This document shows positions 1-11,213 of a DNA stretch of 64,000 nucleotides, in pieces; the stretch's first letter is position 1; every line of letters begins with the position of its first letter. A model generated the notes under the pieces. That model worked only from the letters and a program-made list of their open reading frames with translations. It was not told the origin of the DNA and did not search any database. The stretch is from an uncultured delta proteobacterium (GTDB lineage Bacteria; Desulfobacterota; WTBG01; CAIYCZ01; CAIRTM01): contig CAWDSQ010000020.1 of assembly GCA_963804955.1 (NCBI GenBank), positions 64,001 through 128,000 on the forward strand, in the 5' to 3' direction. Made by a program: the position numbers and the translations under genes.

Positions 1-1
1 A

Positions 2-643
2 ACCCTGGGCAATGAAGAAGGCACTGCCATTGCTGTAGGTATGAAAGACCTGTCCGAGCCGACGCATTATGTCGAGTATAATGCAACGGATCGGTTGTAT
101 GTCAGCGGCATAGTGCGTACAACGCAGGAGATTATAGATAATGCAACGGCACGCAGCAGCTATTTCGATGATTGTTCCGGCTCCGAGGTTGATTATACGC
201 AGTGCGCACCATGCATATACCCGTTTGAACTCAAAACCAGACTTGCTTTTGGGCGCTATCTTACAGACGGGCTGGATGAGGAGTATGATGTTGTCATTAA
301 CCCGCAACCCGAGGGCAGTTACAGCAGAATCATATTCCTGACAGATGAGCCGTCTATTGCGATCACCATAAATAAAAGTACAACAGCTTCCTATCCCTGT
401 ACTGATCCTGCGGCCAGCGATTTTCCTCTTACAAGTTATTCGTCAATTGACAGTGCCGTCAATCAGGAGGATGAAGCGGGTGCATTTTACAATACACCCT
501 CAGTGACCTTCCGACAGATTCGATCACATGATTGGCGGGCAAGTGCGATGGTGACACCCGATGGTGCGCTCTCAGGGATAGTCGATGCGCCCTGGCCACC
601 GCTTGACGGCTCAATCCCGGTGGCCTTTACCATTAACAAGTAG
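2..643 (+). CDS. C-terminal part of a probable large secreted/surface protein (5' partial)
   Basis: Frame is open from the window edge through ORF 41..643; rich in Ser/Thr/Asp with Cys pairs; no family recognised. Confidence 0.55.
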   Translation, partial: TLGNEEGTAIAVGMKDLSEPTHYVEYNATDRLYVSGIVRTTQEIIDNATARSSYFDDCSGSEVDYTQCAPCIYPFELKTRLAFGRYLTDGLDEEYDVVINPQPEGSYSRIIFLTDEPSIAITINKSTTASYPCTDPAASDFPLTSYSSIDSAVNQEDEAGAFYNTPSVTFRQIRSHDWRASAMVTPDGALSGIVDAPWPPLDGSIPVAFTINK

Positions 644-653
644 GGGAATGAAT

Positions 654-780
654 CACCCCACCAGCAGCGGGGTATTGAAGTTATTTCGGCATCCAGTCTG
701 CTTTTTATCTGGATTCCGACTTTCGCCTGATGACAGGTTGCACGGCAAGCCGCGGGGTATTGAACCCGAAATGAATGAAA
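654..780. repeat. Palindromic REP-like intergenic repeat
   Basis: CACCCCACCAGCAGCGGGGTATTGAAGTTATTTCGGCATCCAGTC; related copy at 31013-31085; second GCGGGGTATTGAA near 752-764. Confidence 0.6.
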
Positions 781-851
781 CATGAAATGTTTAGCCTTGA
801 AAAGCCTCCTTTGTAAGCTGGTGACAGCACGTGCAGGTTTTTTACTGCTGT

Positions 852-983
852 TGTGTCATAGACCCCGGCAATAATGCAGTAGGGTGCAACAGTTTCGCTA
901 CAGTAACGCCCAATAATACAACCACCTATACCATCACGGCGACAAACGCCATGGGTTCTGCCACATCAACCGCCATGGGGTAA
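852..983 (+). pseudogene. Relic fragment of an Ig-like surface-protein repeat
   Basis: Translates as CVIDPGNNAVGCNSFATVTPNNTTTYTITATNAMGSATSTAMG*; the stop lies inside the repeat bordering the transposase element. Confidence 0.45.
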
Positions 984-1022
984 CAATAGGGGACGTCCAT
1001 GGTAACAATAGGGGACGTCCAT
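979..1022 (+). repeat. Exact 22-bp tandem duplication GGTAACAATAGGGGACGTCCAT
   Basis: Copies at 979-1000 and 1001-1022; overlaps the left TIR. Confidence 0.9.
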
Positions 1023-1069
1023 GAATAAATGAATTGACAAGTATAAGCAGTGAGTAATAAGGGGACAGT

Positions 1070-2133
1070 ATGCCACGAGTAGCCAGATTAGACGCAGCCG
1101 GGGTATTGCATCATGTAATATTCCGGGGAATAGAGCGCAGAAGCATTTTTCGCGGTGCTGCTGATAAGGATTGGTTTGTCCAGCGACTGGGGCAATTGCT
1201 TTCAGGCGAGCCAGACGAGCTGTTATGCCTGGGCGCTGATGGACAATCATGTGCACCTGTTGCTGCGAACCGGTGATGTGAGCCTGGCAACACTTATGAG
1301 AAGACTACTGACGGGGTATGCCGGGTATTTCAATCGGCGGTATAGCCGGCACGGGCAGTTGTTTCAGAACCGGTATAAATCCATTATTTGTCAGGAGGAT
1401 ATATATTTACAGGAGTTGGTGCGCTACATCCATTTAAATCCATTGCGTGCCGGAATTGTAAAGACTATGGAAGGAGCTGAAGAGCTATGCATATAGTGGC
1501 CACAGCGCTCTGATGGGGGAGAAGACGTACAGCTGGCAGCAGACAGGCTATGTGCTTGAGTTGTTCGGTAAGAGGATGCAGCGGGCACGGGAGCAGTATG
1601 AGCAGTATGTAGCCCAGGGTATTGAACAGGGCAGGCGGCCGGAGCTGGTAGGGGGTGGCTTGATCCGGAGCATGGGGGGCTGGGAAGCGGTAAAGAAGCT
1701 GCGGTTAAAAGGGCAGGACCGGGTAAAGGGTGATGTGCGGATACTGGGGGAAGGTGAGTTTGTGGAGCAGGTGCTAGCCCGGGCAGAGGAAAAATTCAGC
1801 CAGGCATATGAGTTGAAGCGCAGGGGTTATGATATTGAAAAAGTGGAGCATCGGGTTGCAGAGGTGCTGGGAATATCGGCAGAAGAAGTGCGGAAGCGGG
1901 GGCGCGAGAGGCACAGGGTGGAAGCCCGCAGTCTTGCAATTTACTGGGCGGTGCGGGAATTGGGTATGCCAGGGGTAGCGTTGGCAAAGCGATATGGTTT
2001 AACGCAGTCGGCGATAGTACATGCCAGCCGACGAGGGGAAAAAATCGCCAATAGAATTAAACTGCAAGTTGTTAAAATGAAAGTTATTCATATTTTCATG
2101 GACGTCCCCTATTTACCTCAAACGAAATCCTAG
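1070..2133 (+). CDS. REP-associated tyrosine transposase (Y1_Tnp) with C-terminal HTH; frameshifted into 3 ORFs
   Basis: MPRVARLDAAGVLHHVIFRG, YAWALMDNHVHLL (HUH), GQLFQNRYKS, YIHLNPLRAG; ORFs 1070-1276, 1155-1496, 1513-2133. Confidence 0.88.
2086..2113 (-). repeat. Right terminal inverted repeat of the transposase element
   Basis: Reverse complement AATAGGGGACGTCCATGAAAATATGAAT vs left AATAGGGGACGTCCATGAATAAATGAAT. Confidence 0.85.
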
Positions 2134-2165
2134 ACTTTGAAAACCATGCTCGAACAGAAATTTTA

Positions 2166-2747
2166 TTGAGCGAAAATTATGAGAATTGGCCCGCAGAAAA
2201 TGCGATGCAAAAGTATTGGTGTTATCAAAATTTGGGATATGAAAATTTGGATTCTGAAGGTTGGTATTGTAAAGATGAGGAGCTCAATGAATACGATAAA
2301 AATGTGGCTGAATATTGTATTAAAATAATAAAAATATTCATATCCGCATTAACATCGGAACCTTCCGATAACTCTTACAAATTCAAAAACCATCTTAACT
2401 GGGCTACATACAAGGCGTTAGCTTTCTTGGAGCACCCTGATATTTTTGATACTTTGAAAGACTTTGCAAAATTATTTCATGACAATAGCGAATATGATAA
2501 AGCCCAATTTTTATATCATAGTATGTTTAAAATAACTGCAGTAACCCTACCGAAAGCTAAACGCCGAGAGAAACTCCGGGATATATATCCTCGCGCTTAC
2601 GCGAAATGGACCCCTGAAGAAGATGATGTCTTGCGCTCCCAGTTCCAGAAGGAACAACTAACAATTGAAGAGATTGCGACCCGTCTCCAACGTAGAGTTG
2701 GTGGCATCAGGTCGCGACTCATCAAACAGGTGTTAATTGAAAAATGA
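2166..2747 (+). CDS. Hypothetical protein with C-terminal Myb/HTH-like domain
   Basis: RAYAKWTPEEDDVLRSQF...TIEEIATRLQRRVGGIRSRL; AT-rich relative to neighbours. Confidence 0.6.
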   Translation: MSENYENWPAENAMQKYWCYQNLGYENLDSEGWYCKDEELNEYDKNVAEYCIKIIKIFISALTSEPSDNSYKFKNHLNWATYKALAFLEHPDIFDTLKDFAKLFHDNSEYDKAQFLYHSMFKITAVTLPKAKRREKLRDIYPRAYAKWTPEEDDVLRSQFQKEQLTIEEIATRLQRRVGGIRSRLIKQVLIEK

Positions 2748-2790
2748 ACACCGAACCAGAGTCTTCAAAGTAATCATGTCCTGCGGTAAT

Positions 2791-2830
2791 AAAAAACGGG
2801 GAAGCAAACAGCGTTTGTTTCCCCCTTTCT
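2791..2830. terminator. Probable intrinsic terminator
   Basis: GGGGAAGCAAAC...GTTTGTTTCCCC hairpin flanked by A and T tracts. Confidence 0.5.
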
Positions 2831-2915
2831 CTTGGTTGCGCTTTTCAGCTGCGTAGCGACTGATATTTTCACATGTCATGACCACACAGTTCAAACCCTG
2901 CGCCGCCTATTTGCT

Positions 2916-2944
2916 TTGACACTCAATCGCCCCCATTGTATAGT
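2916..2944 (+). promoter_or_regulatory. Sigma70-type promoter upstream of nhaA
   Basis: TTGACA-17 nt-TATAGT. Confidence 0.6.
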
Positions 2945-3008
2945 TTGCCCATCCCAAAGCAATTTGTTATTACTGACTCGATGAGTCATACTACACAGCC
3001 GGAAGAGT

Positions 3009-4374
3009 ATGCTTTCCGAAAAAAATCCCGTTAAAAATCAATTCTTTTACCCCTGGGAGCAAAAGCTCGAGCGGTTGATCACTCCGTTTGAGGAGTTCAT
3101 TCACCGGCAGACAACAAGCGGCATTATGCTCATGGCCGTGTCGGTGCTTGCGCTGGCTGTTGAAAACTCGCCGCTCAGGGAAGGCTATGAGCATCTTATT
3201 CATATGCCTCTGTCCATCACCCTCGGGAGCTGGTCGCTCGAGCGATCACTTGTGCACTGGATAAACGAAGGGCTCATGGCCTTTTTTTTCTTTGTCGTCG
3301 GCCTTGAAATAAAACGCGAGGTGCTTGTCGGCGAGCTGTCCGCGCCACGCCAGGCGGCGCTGCCCATTATAGCCGCCATAGGCGGTATGGTTGTGCCCGC
3401 TCTTATCTATTTCCTGTTCAACCAGACTGAGCCGTGGTCGCGGGGGTGGGGCATACCCATGGCAACGGATATTGCCTTTTGCGTCGGAGCGCTGGTTTTG
3501 CTCGGCAACCGCGTCCCGCAGGCTTTGATGATTTTTCTGGTATCGCTGGCTATTGTTGACGACCTTGGCGCGGTTGTCGTCATTGCGGTCTTTTATACGG
3601 AAAAAATCAATATTCCGGCCCTGGGCATTGCCGCATGCAATTCTTTTTGTGCTGATCACCTTCAACCGGAGCGGCGTTCGCAAAAGCCTCCCGTATCTGG
3701 TTGCAGGCATCTGTCTGTGGTTTGCCCTTTTTTACTCCGGCATCCATTCTACCATAGCAGGTGTGCTGGTTGCTTTCTGCATTCCTTCAAAGGCACGGTA
3801 TAAAACATTCCTTTTTGCAGACCGCGTCAAGACTCTTGTCCGGAGATTCGAGGCATGCAGCCGTCCCCGAGAGAGCATTCTGACAAACATTGAGCAGCAT
3901 ACCGTCCTTCGCGGGCTCAATCAGGAAATAGACCTTGCGGAGGCTCCCCTGCAGCGCATGGAGGATGCTCTGCACCTGCCTGTGGCCCTGTGCGTCATTC
4001 CCCTTTTTGCTTTTGCAAATGCAGGCATCAGAATTGACATGAGTTCCCTTGCAAGCGTCCTGTCCAGCCCGATATCCCTTGGGGTGATGTGCGGTCTTGT
4101 GCTCGGGAAATTTATAGGCATAACCGGCTCGGCATGGCTTGCGCTGCGGCTGGGGATAGGTTCTCTGTCGCAGGGAATAAACCTGCAACACCTGGCCGGC
4201 GTAGGCCTGCTGGGAGGGATCGGGTTTACGATGTCGATTTTTGTAGCCGAACTTTCCTTTCCCGGAAACCCCGAAGGGCTGCACATGGCAAAATCAGGGA
4301 TTCTGCTTGCATCCCTGCTTGCCGGGGTTCTTGGCTTCTTCTGGCTGGGATTTTTCGCAAAAAAAACAGCATAA
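3009..4374 (+). CDS. nhaA: Na+/H+ antiporter NhaA (frameshift near 3630)
   Basis: WINEGLMAFFFFVVGLEIKRE, GWGIPMATDIAF, LAIVDDLGA, GIGFTMSIF; ORFs 3009-3803 + 3553-4374. Confidence 0.93.
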
Positions 4375-4532
4375 GGCGGAGCAGGATTTAATCCGTTTGA
4401 GCTGAAAGAGCAAAGCTGCTCTTTCTGCCCGGCACAGCCGCTACCAACTTGTAACAAATCGAGTCACAGCACAGTATACAGGGTATGTATGCAGTTTTCT
4501 CCGATAAACTTTTTACCCTGCCGATTTCTTTC

Positions 4533-5339
4533 TCACCAGCACCAGTCAGTGCCGCCGTCGACGCTCAGGTTCTGGGCAGTTATATAGGAGGCTTCATCGG
4601 ATGCCAGAAAAGCAATCGCCGATGCCACCTCTTCGGGCTCGCCCTTGCGAGGGATGAGCAACTGCCCGTTTTTGACCGACTCCTCTATGATCCAGTCGAT
4701 AAACGTATCGCGCTCGGCCATCATGGCATCCTCAATCTTGTGCCAGATTTCCGTGGCTACAACGCCGGGCGACACGCAGTTGACCCGTATGCCCATGGGC
4801 GCAAAGCACTTGGCAAGGTTCTTGGTGAACATGACAACCGCGGCCTTGGAAGCCGGATACGCGCCGGTTTCTGTTTTTATGCCCCGGGCCATGGCCGAGG
4901 AAACCGTGACGATGGAGCCGCGGATGCCGTTTTCTATCATGTTATTGGCGCAGGCGCGGCAGAATAAAAGCGAGCCGCGCGCGTTCACATTCATGACGCG
5001 GTCCCACTCATCCACGGTGAGATCAAAGGCCGAGGGCTGCTTCTCGTTTATGCCGGCATTTGACACGGCGACATGAATCGGGCCGTAGGTCGCAACGGCC
5101 TGCTTCACCAGCGCGTCAATTGATTCGGGGATGGCCACGTCGCAGGAAATATAGCAGGCCGTGCCGCCCTTTTCCATTATTTCGGCTGCGACCTTTTCGC
5201 CGTTTTCCCTGTTGCGGTTTGCAATGACAACTTTTGCACCTTCATCGGCAAAACGGTGCGCTGTGCCCCGGCCTATGCCTGTGCCGCCGCCGGTGATTAT
5301 GACATGTTTGCCGGTAAATCTTTGTGCGCTTCTATTCAT
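4533..5339 (-). CDS. SDR family NAD(P)-dependent oxidoreductase
   Basis: TGGGTGIG, SNAG, YPASK, IRVNCVSPG. Confidence 0.92.
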   Translation of the reverse strand: MNRSAQRFTGKHVIITGGGTGIGRGTAHRFADEGAKVVIANRNRENGEKVAAEIMEKGGTACYISCDVAIPESIDALVKQAVATYGPIHVAVSNAGINEKQPSAFDLTVDEWDRVMNVNARGSLLFCRACANNMIENGIRGSIVTVSSAMARGIKTETGAYPASKAAVVMFTKNLAKCFAPMGIRVNCVSPGVVATEIWHKIEDAMMAERDTFIDWIIEESVKNGQLLIPRKGEPEEVASAIAFLASDEASYITAQNLSVDGGTDWCW

Positions 5340-5365
5340 GAGATGCTCCTTTATGATTTTTAATT

Positions 5366-6588
5366 TTATAATCCAGCCGCATCATACACCAGATCGATAA
5401 TATCGTATACCGGCATCGGGTTGTCCATCCCCTGAGCCGCTGCTGCGAGATTTGTTTCGCAGAACGGGCAGGCAGATGCAAGGGCCTGAGCTCCCGCACT
5501 CCGTGCAGCATCAAGGGCCTCCCGGCCCATATCGGCTGCCAATGCGCCGGCTTCAAACAGGCGCATGCCGCCGCCGGCGCCGCAGCAGATGGTGTTCTCC
5601 CTGGTTGCCGGCCGCTCGACAAGCGTTATGCCGGGTATGGCTTTTAGTATATCCCGTGGCGGGTTAAAAACGCCCAGATGCCGTCCCAGGTGGCAGGGAT
5701 CATGATAGGCCACAGTCATATGCTGCTCTTTGGTGAAGGCAATCTTTTTATCCTTTACAAGCCGTGCCAGATATTCAACCAGATGATACACTTTCGGCGC
5801 AAGTTTTTCATCGGTCTTTGCATACTCAGTTTTCAGCATAGTGCAGCATCCGGCGCAGAGCGTGACTATTGCTGTGCAGCCAAGGCCATTAAGCAGATTA
5901 ATATTGTTTTTAATCATGTCTGCAGCAAGATCCGTGTCGCCGATACGCTTCTGCACACTGCCGCAGCAGGGTTCCGCAGCCACCCAGTATACCGAAGTCG
6001 ACGCCTGCCGCCTTGCAGCACGGCAGCAGCTTTTTTCGCCCGCTCAGCGAGCTCCGGATTGAGGCTCATGGTGCAGCCGACAAAAAGCAGAACATCCGAC
6101 TTATCTTTCTGCGCATCTTTGAGCTTGAGTCCCTTTGCCCATTTGCCCCGAGCCGAACGCGGCATGCCCCAGGGATTGCCGTACTGGCGGGTTTGCTCAA
6201 GCACGCGGCGATAGGCCTCATCCACAAGATCGGGACATTCCCGCAGCAGGTCAGCCCGCAGTGCCTCGACCACGGCCGTATTGTCGACAAGGGGCTTGCC
6301 CGTGTCCTGATCAGTGGCGCCGCACTGGGTCATGCAGTTGCCGCAGAGGGTGCAGCTGTAGGCAGCCCGGGCCAGACCCTCAGTGGGCTGGAGGCTTCCT
6401 TCAAGCAGGGCCTGCGCCAGCATGATTTTGCCGCGGGAGGAAAAATTTTCAAATCCCGGGGTAGCCTTTTTCACGGGGCAGACATAGGGAACTTTGCCGG
6501 TAACCTTGTACCTGCATACGCCGCAGGTGCGGCAGCTGTATATATACCTGCGAACACGGTCAAGCTCACGGAATGTATTCTCAGCCAT
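5366..6588 (-). CDS. (Fe-S)-binding CCG-domain protein, GlcF/HdrD-like (frameshift near 5990)
   Basis: CRTCGVC, CTLCGNC, CCG motifs, HDPCHLGR, CCGAGGG, ACPFC. Confidence 0.85.
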
Positions 6589-8054
6589 TGCTGTCCTCCT
6601 TTTCGTTTAAATAACTGCCTGTCCACTGGCCGGGATTGAGAATGCCATGAGGGTCAACAACTCCTTTGACAGCCTCAAACAGGCTCTTGAAGCCGGGGGA
6701 CCAGCACGAAGCGTTCAGGTCTGACATAAATCCCTGATTGTAGACATCAATTGATCCAAGGCTGTGGGCGTATTTCTGAAAATCAGCCATTAACGTGCGG
6801 GCAAAGGCGATGGCAGCCGGATTGTCAACATCGGCAAAGAAAACGTCGATTTCACCGACGATGGTGCTTGGGTCAGAAGCGGTGAAAAACTCCCAGGTTG
6901 TGCGCACGCGAAGGCCCAGTTTTTCTGCTTCTTTCAGCCTTTCATTGCGCCAGGCGATCAGCTTGTTATATACTTCCGCAAAGCCCTGCCGCGGCAGGTT
7001 GAAGGGCAGCCATGCCGGAACGCCGAAGCTGTTGAAAATGGCCATCCAGTCCATTTCGCTGTCCTCGCCCGTCGGCGTTCCCATGGCTTCAGCCATGGCG
7101 TCGAGCATGAAGTTGCGCTGCGCCCCGCACTGATCGGCAAGGCTGTTGATGGTGGCAAGCCGTGCTTCAACCTCGGCCTCCTCGTGGCCCTGTATCATAG
7201 CCTGCACGGTAAAGGGCGCTACCTCGTCGGTATCACCCATAAAATTTTTCATTGCCCCGGCGCCGAAAACAAGCACCGGGATCAAAGCGAAGCACAGGGC
7301 GGCGTTCAACGTGGAGCCGCACGAGCTCAAGCGCAGGCTCGATTGCATCAAAAGCGAAAATGCCAGCCCGCAGCTTGGCCGGGTGCTTCGTCATGCGGAT
7401 GGTTGCCTGGGTTTTGATGCCGAAGGAGCCGCCATCGCCGATGAACATTCCGGCAAAATCCGGTCCGCCCAGATTACGGTTGTAGGCAAGGGTCTGGTGC
7501 ACATTGGTGCCGGGCCCGCCGCCGGTTTGCACAATGGTGCCATCGGCAAGCACCACGGTGATGCTCACGATATCGGTCCAGAGACCCGCTGCGCCTGCAA
7601 CGCCTGATATCCATCCGCCAAGTGATACCATATGCAAAGGCGCAAAAGGCGACCACATATAAAAACCATTCTTTTTGCAGGCATGCACCATTTTGCCTAA
7701 GATAATGCCTGCTTCGGCCGTGACGGTCATGCTCTGTGCATTAACATCGAGAACCCGGTCCATGCGCGTCATGTCCAGCAGCACGGTACGGTCCGGGTCG
7801 CCCTTGGGCTGGCCGTAAATAGTAGCCCCGCCGCCGCGGGTCACGATGGGCACGCGGTGCCGATTGCACAGGGCTGCAATGCGCGACACCTCAGCGGTTG
7901 AGCCCGGCCGCACAACCAGCGCGGATTCTGTTCCGCCGAAAAGGCTTGCATCGCGGGTATAGGTGAATCGCGTCACCGGGTCGTCGGTCACGTACTGCTC
8001 GCCGACGATTTCATTCAATTGTTTTTTGAACTCACCAGATAAGGCTTCCGTCAT
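6581..8054 (-). CDS. FAD-binding oxidoreductase, GlcD/VAO type (frameshift near 7270)
   Basis: VVRPGSTAEV, TRGGG, GSFGIKT, C-terminal DPHGILNPG. Confidence 0.85.
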
Positions 8055-8073
8055 GACGTCTGTCCTTTCACGG

Positions 8074-8699
8074 TTATTTGATAACAAATTTGTCGATTAA
8101 AGCTTTGATGCCAAGGCGCACATCCTCTTCGGTATAGCCCATGACGCGCCTGCCATGGCTTTCAAGTATCAGGCCCTGGTACAGCATCTGGCTTGAACCG
8201 CCGATGATCTGCCGTATGACCTGAGGCTTAAGCGCTGACTCGATAAGACCCTGTCGCTGCCCGTCGGCAATAAGGTCGTCGAGGGTCAGCTGCAGCTGGC
8301 CGGGCGCCTCCAATAATCAGCGCATATTTTTTTTGCAGATTTTCATCCTTCATCTTTCTCAGTATCGGGCAGAACTTCTTTGAGGATATGCCCCCAGTAG
8401 AGATTCTTGTTGCTTTGTGACATAAGCTCCATGAGGGCTGCAAATACGGCATGGAGCCGCTCAACCGGTGTTGAGCACCGGGCGAGCTTTTGATTGATCA
8501 GATCATTGACGCTTTCAATAAAGAAAAGAATGACATCCAGCAGTATGTCGAGCTTGTTTTCAAAACAGACATGCACAAGGCCTTTCGAGACGCCTGCCTC
8601 TTTCGCGATTTCGGCGATGGTGGTGTACTGGTAGCCTTTACAGGCGAAAATTTTCATCGCCGCGTTGAGGATTCGCGTCTTTTTATCCTGTTCGGTCAA
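8074..8699 (-). CDS. TetR/AcrR family regulator (frameshifted)
   Basis: ILNAAMKIFACKGYQYTTIAEIAKEAGVSKG; C-terminus in ORF 8074-8313. Confidence 0.85.
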
Positions 8700-8717
8700 T
8701 CGATATACTCCTCTGCC

Positions 8718-9992
8718 TTACAGCATATCGCTCAGGCTTGTTTTGGTGCGGCTGTTTATTTTTTCATGCAGTTCAGGCCGCTCAGACCGGATCAGCTGCT
8801 CATGTTTAAGAATAGCATTCCACATGAGCCGCGGAGATTTGTACTGGTTGTAGGTGCCTTCAAGAATCTCATCTTCTATGAGTCCGAACAGATAGTCAAG
8901 CTCTTCATCGGTGTAGGTGGGCACCAGGGCGAATCCCTGCGCAACCTGCAGGTAGTCATCTCCATTAAACTCGAAGGACTTCTGCCACCATGCAGTGTAC
9001 TGGCTAAATCCGCCCCGTCCCTCAAGCTCATCGGCAACAGCGCCTGCTGCACGAAAGCCGCAGGCAAGGGCGCCCTGCATCTCGACTTCGACATAGGCTG
9101 CTGCATCGCCGATCACGAGAACATTGCCTGCATGCGGCACTTTCAGGGATGAGTAGGCCCGTGCAGCGCAGCCGGTTTTTTTTATAACCCGTGCATTCCG
9201 AAGCGACGGGGAAAGAGCGCCTTTATGTGCGATATCCTGAAACATTTTTTCCGGCGGGCTGTTTTTGTTGCCGATAACGACCAGGCAGGCGGTGTCGGCA
9301 TCATCAAGGGCCGTGTTGAGCGTAAGCGGTGCAAGACCGCAGTAGGTACGACCGAAATACGTCTTCAGGGCGCTGGGTTCAAAACCGGCAACGCCTTTCA
9401 GAAAATAGATGACGCACAGAGCAGAAGCAAAGCATTGGCGATTGCTGTTTATTCCCATGCGCTCAGCAATCCGGGAATTGACGCCGTCGGCAATAATAAG
9501 CTTGCGGGCATTGATCACGTTTTGTTCCCCTGCGCTGGTTATGAAAAGCGCAACCATATCACCGCGGTCAACAGCGCCGGTTACATGCGTGCCGGACCGC
9601 AATTCAGCACCCGAAGCAGCAGCTGCATCCCACAGGTTCCGGAGCATGAGTCCCTTGTCGATTTTGATTACAATGGGGCTTTTGTCCGGATAGGCAAAAT
9701 GAATGGTCCTGCCGGCAGGGGAGATGAAATACTTATCGGTGACATCGACAGTCGGGCCTCCGTAGTCGACACAGAAGCCGTTGTTGAGTGATACAATTTT
9801 GCCAGCTTTAAGTCGGACCGTGTCGCCCTGAAAGTCTTTGTCCATAATGAGCTGTTCGCAGCAGGCACGGGTGATGAGCGATACATCCTGTCGCTTTTCA
9901 AGCAACACTGTTTTCAATCCCAGTTCAGCGGCGGTTTTTGCCGCCATCAGCCCCGCAGGGCCCGCTCCGATTATTGCAATGTCATACACCAT
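8718..9992 (-). CDS. FAD-dependent oxidoreductase, geranylgeranyl reductase/FixC-like
   Basis: YDIAIIGAGPAG, IIADG, VIGDAA; AGGAG RBS before the ATG at 9992. Confidence 0.82.
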   Translation of the reverse strand: MVYDIAIIGAGPAGLMAAKTAAELGLKTVLLEKRQDVSLITRACCEQLIMDKDFQGDTVRLKAGKIVSLNNGFCVDYGGPTVDVTDKYFISPAGRTIHFAYPDKSPIVIKIDKGLMLRNLWDAAAASGAELRSGTHVTGAVDRGDMVALFITSAGEQNVINARKLIIADGVNSRIAERMGINSNRQCFASALCVIYFLKGVAGFEPSALKTYFGRTYCGLAPLTLNTALDDADTACLVVIGNKNSPPEKMFQDIAHKGALSPSLRNARVIKKTGCAARAYSSLKVPHAGNVLVIGDAAAYVEVEMQGALACGFRAAGAVADELEGRGGFSQYTAWWQKSFEFNGDDYLQVAQGFALVPTYTDEELDYLFGLIEDEILEGTYNQYKSPRLMWNAILKHEQLIRSERPELHEKINSRTKTSLSDML

Positions 9993-10014
9993 GGCAGTCT
10001 CCTTATTGAATATG

Positions 10015-10401
10015 TCATGCACCTGATGGAAGCAGAGGGAATTTATACATACCGAACAGAAAGGCTATATGGTCGATGAACCAGGCGACCTGAGTTACCG
10101 TAATAATGCTGTGATAGGCTGCTATACGGCGGGCTCTGCGCAGCAGGAGGGCTGCAGGAAACAGCAGCCACACGACAAAGCCGATCACGATGGCAAAAAC
10201 AATCACGCTGTTTGTTCCCGGCAGGTTCATCTTTAGGGCCGTGACTCCCATCATCGGCAGCATGCTCTACCAGGAAATCAAGCAGCACTGCCCAACTCAT
10301 TATTAGCACAGAAAAATGGCTGCCATTGTCGCGATACGACCAAGCCGCTCCGTGATAAAGAAGCAATAGGCAACCGTGTACAGTGTTTCACTGAGCGTCA
10401 T
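10015..10401 (-). CDS. Small membrane protein (frameshifted)
   Basis: Hydrophobic segments across ORFs 10043-10366 and 10015-10263; overlaps the start of the next gene. Confidence 0.5.
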
Positions 10402-10578
10402 TTTAGGTTTCCCTTCTACTAGTGCACAATAAAATTGAATTTGGCTTCAAAGCCAATATGTATTCTGCTACGTACACGATTTCTTTTCTGCTGTCAAGTT
10501 TGCAGGAGATTTCGCACGTTGATATTTACAGAAGTTGAAAATTTCCGATTGACAAGACAAATTCAATAGTCTAATTAA

Positions 10579-10596
10579 TAGTTGTAAGTTCAACTA
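10579..10596. promoter_or_regulatory. Candidate MarR operator
   Basis: Palindrome TAGTTG-N6-CAACTA just downstream of TTGACA (10549-10554); related site at 11165-11182. Confidence 0.6.
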
Positions 10597-10697
10597 ATTT
10601 TGATTTTTATATTGGACTTTGTCTGATGGCTTACATTTCTGTTATTTTCTAGAATACCAATAATAACTACAAAAGAATTAGCCTGGCTATCTGATCC

Positions 10698-11198
10698 ATG
10701 GACTATACAGCAGAATTTAATCCCAATGATTCATTATCTTATCTCCTGGACAAGACAGCAAGAGCCCAGTTCTGCCGCTTGCAGAATGTTTTTACAAAAG
10801 CCAATTACGATATAACGGTTGAACAGTGGATGATTCTGCTGCTGCTTTGGAAAGAAAACGGCCAGTTTCAGCAGCAGCTTGCTGATGGTATGTGTAAAGA
10901 TAAAACAACATTGACGCGGCAAATAGACGGACTTGAGAAGCGCAACATTATTGTGCGTGTACCTGACAAAATAGATCGAAGACAAAAACGTATTTATCTA
11001 ACCACGAAAGGTAAAGATTTGGAACAGGAACTGATACCGCTGGGCATTGCAAACGGACTATGCGCAATAAAAGATATTCCCCCTGAGCATATTCAGATTT
11101 GCAAGGATGTACTGCGTAAAGTTTATGAAAATCTTATAAACAGGTTAATATTATATTGCATAATTAGTTGCATAGCCAACTGTGTGCGGCGCAACTAA
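10698..11198 (+). CDS. MarR family transcriptional regulator
   Basis: ITVEQWMILLLLW, DKTTLTRQIDGLEK, DRRQKRIYLTTKG. Confidence 0.92.
   Translation: MDYTAEFNPNDSLSYLLDKTARAQFCRLQNVFTKANYDITVEQWMILLLLWKENGQFQQQLADGMCKDKTTLTRQIDGLEKRNIIVRVPDKIDRRQKRIYLTTKGKDLEQELIPLGIANGLCAIKDIPPEHIQICKDVLRKVYENLINRLILYCIISCIANCVRRN
11165..11182. promoter_or_regulatory. Second candidate MarR operator, upstream of the SDR-FDBR genes
   Basis: TAGTTG-N6-CAACTG. Confidence 0.5.
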
Positions 11199-11213
11199 TA
11201 TAAGGAGATACAA

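Larger units (their letters stand above)
979..2113 (+). mobile_element. TIR-flanked tyrosine (HUH/Y1) transposase element, RAYT/TIRYT type
   Basis: 28-bp inverted repeats at 1007-1034 and 2086-2113 (2 mismatches) enclose the transposase gene. Confidence 0.75.

Noticed and set aside
979..1022. CRISPR-like direct repeat
   Set aside because: Only two adjacent copies, no spacers and no cas genes; explained as a transposase element end
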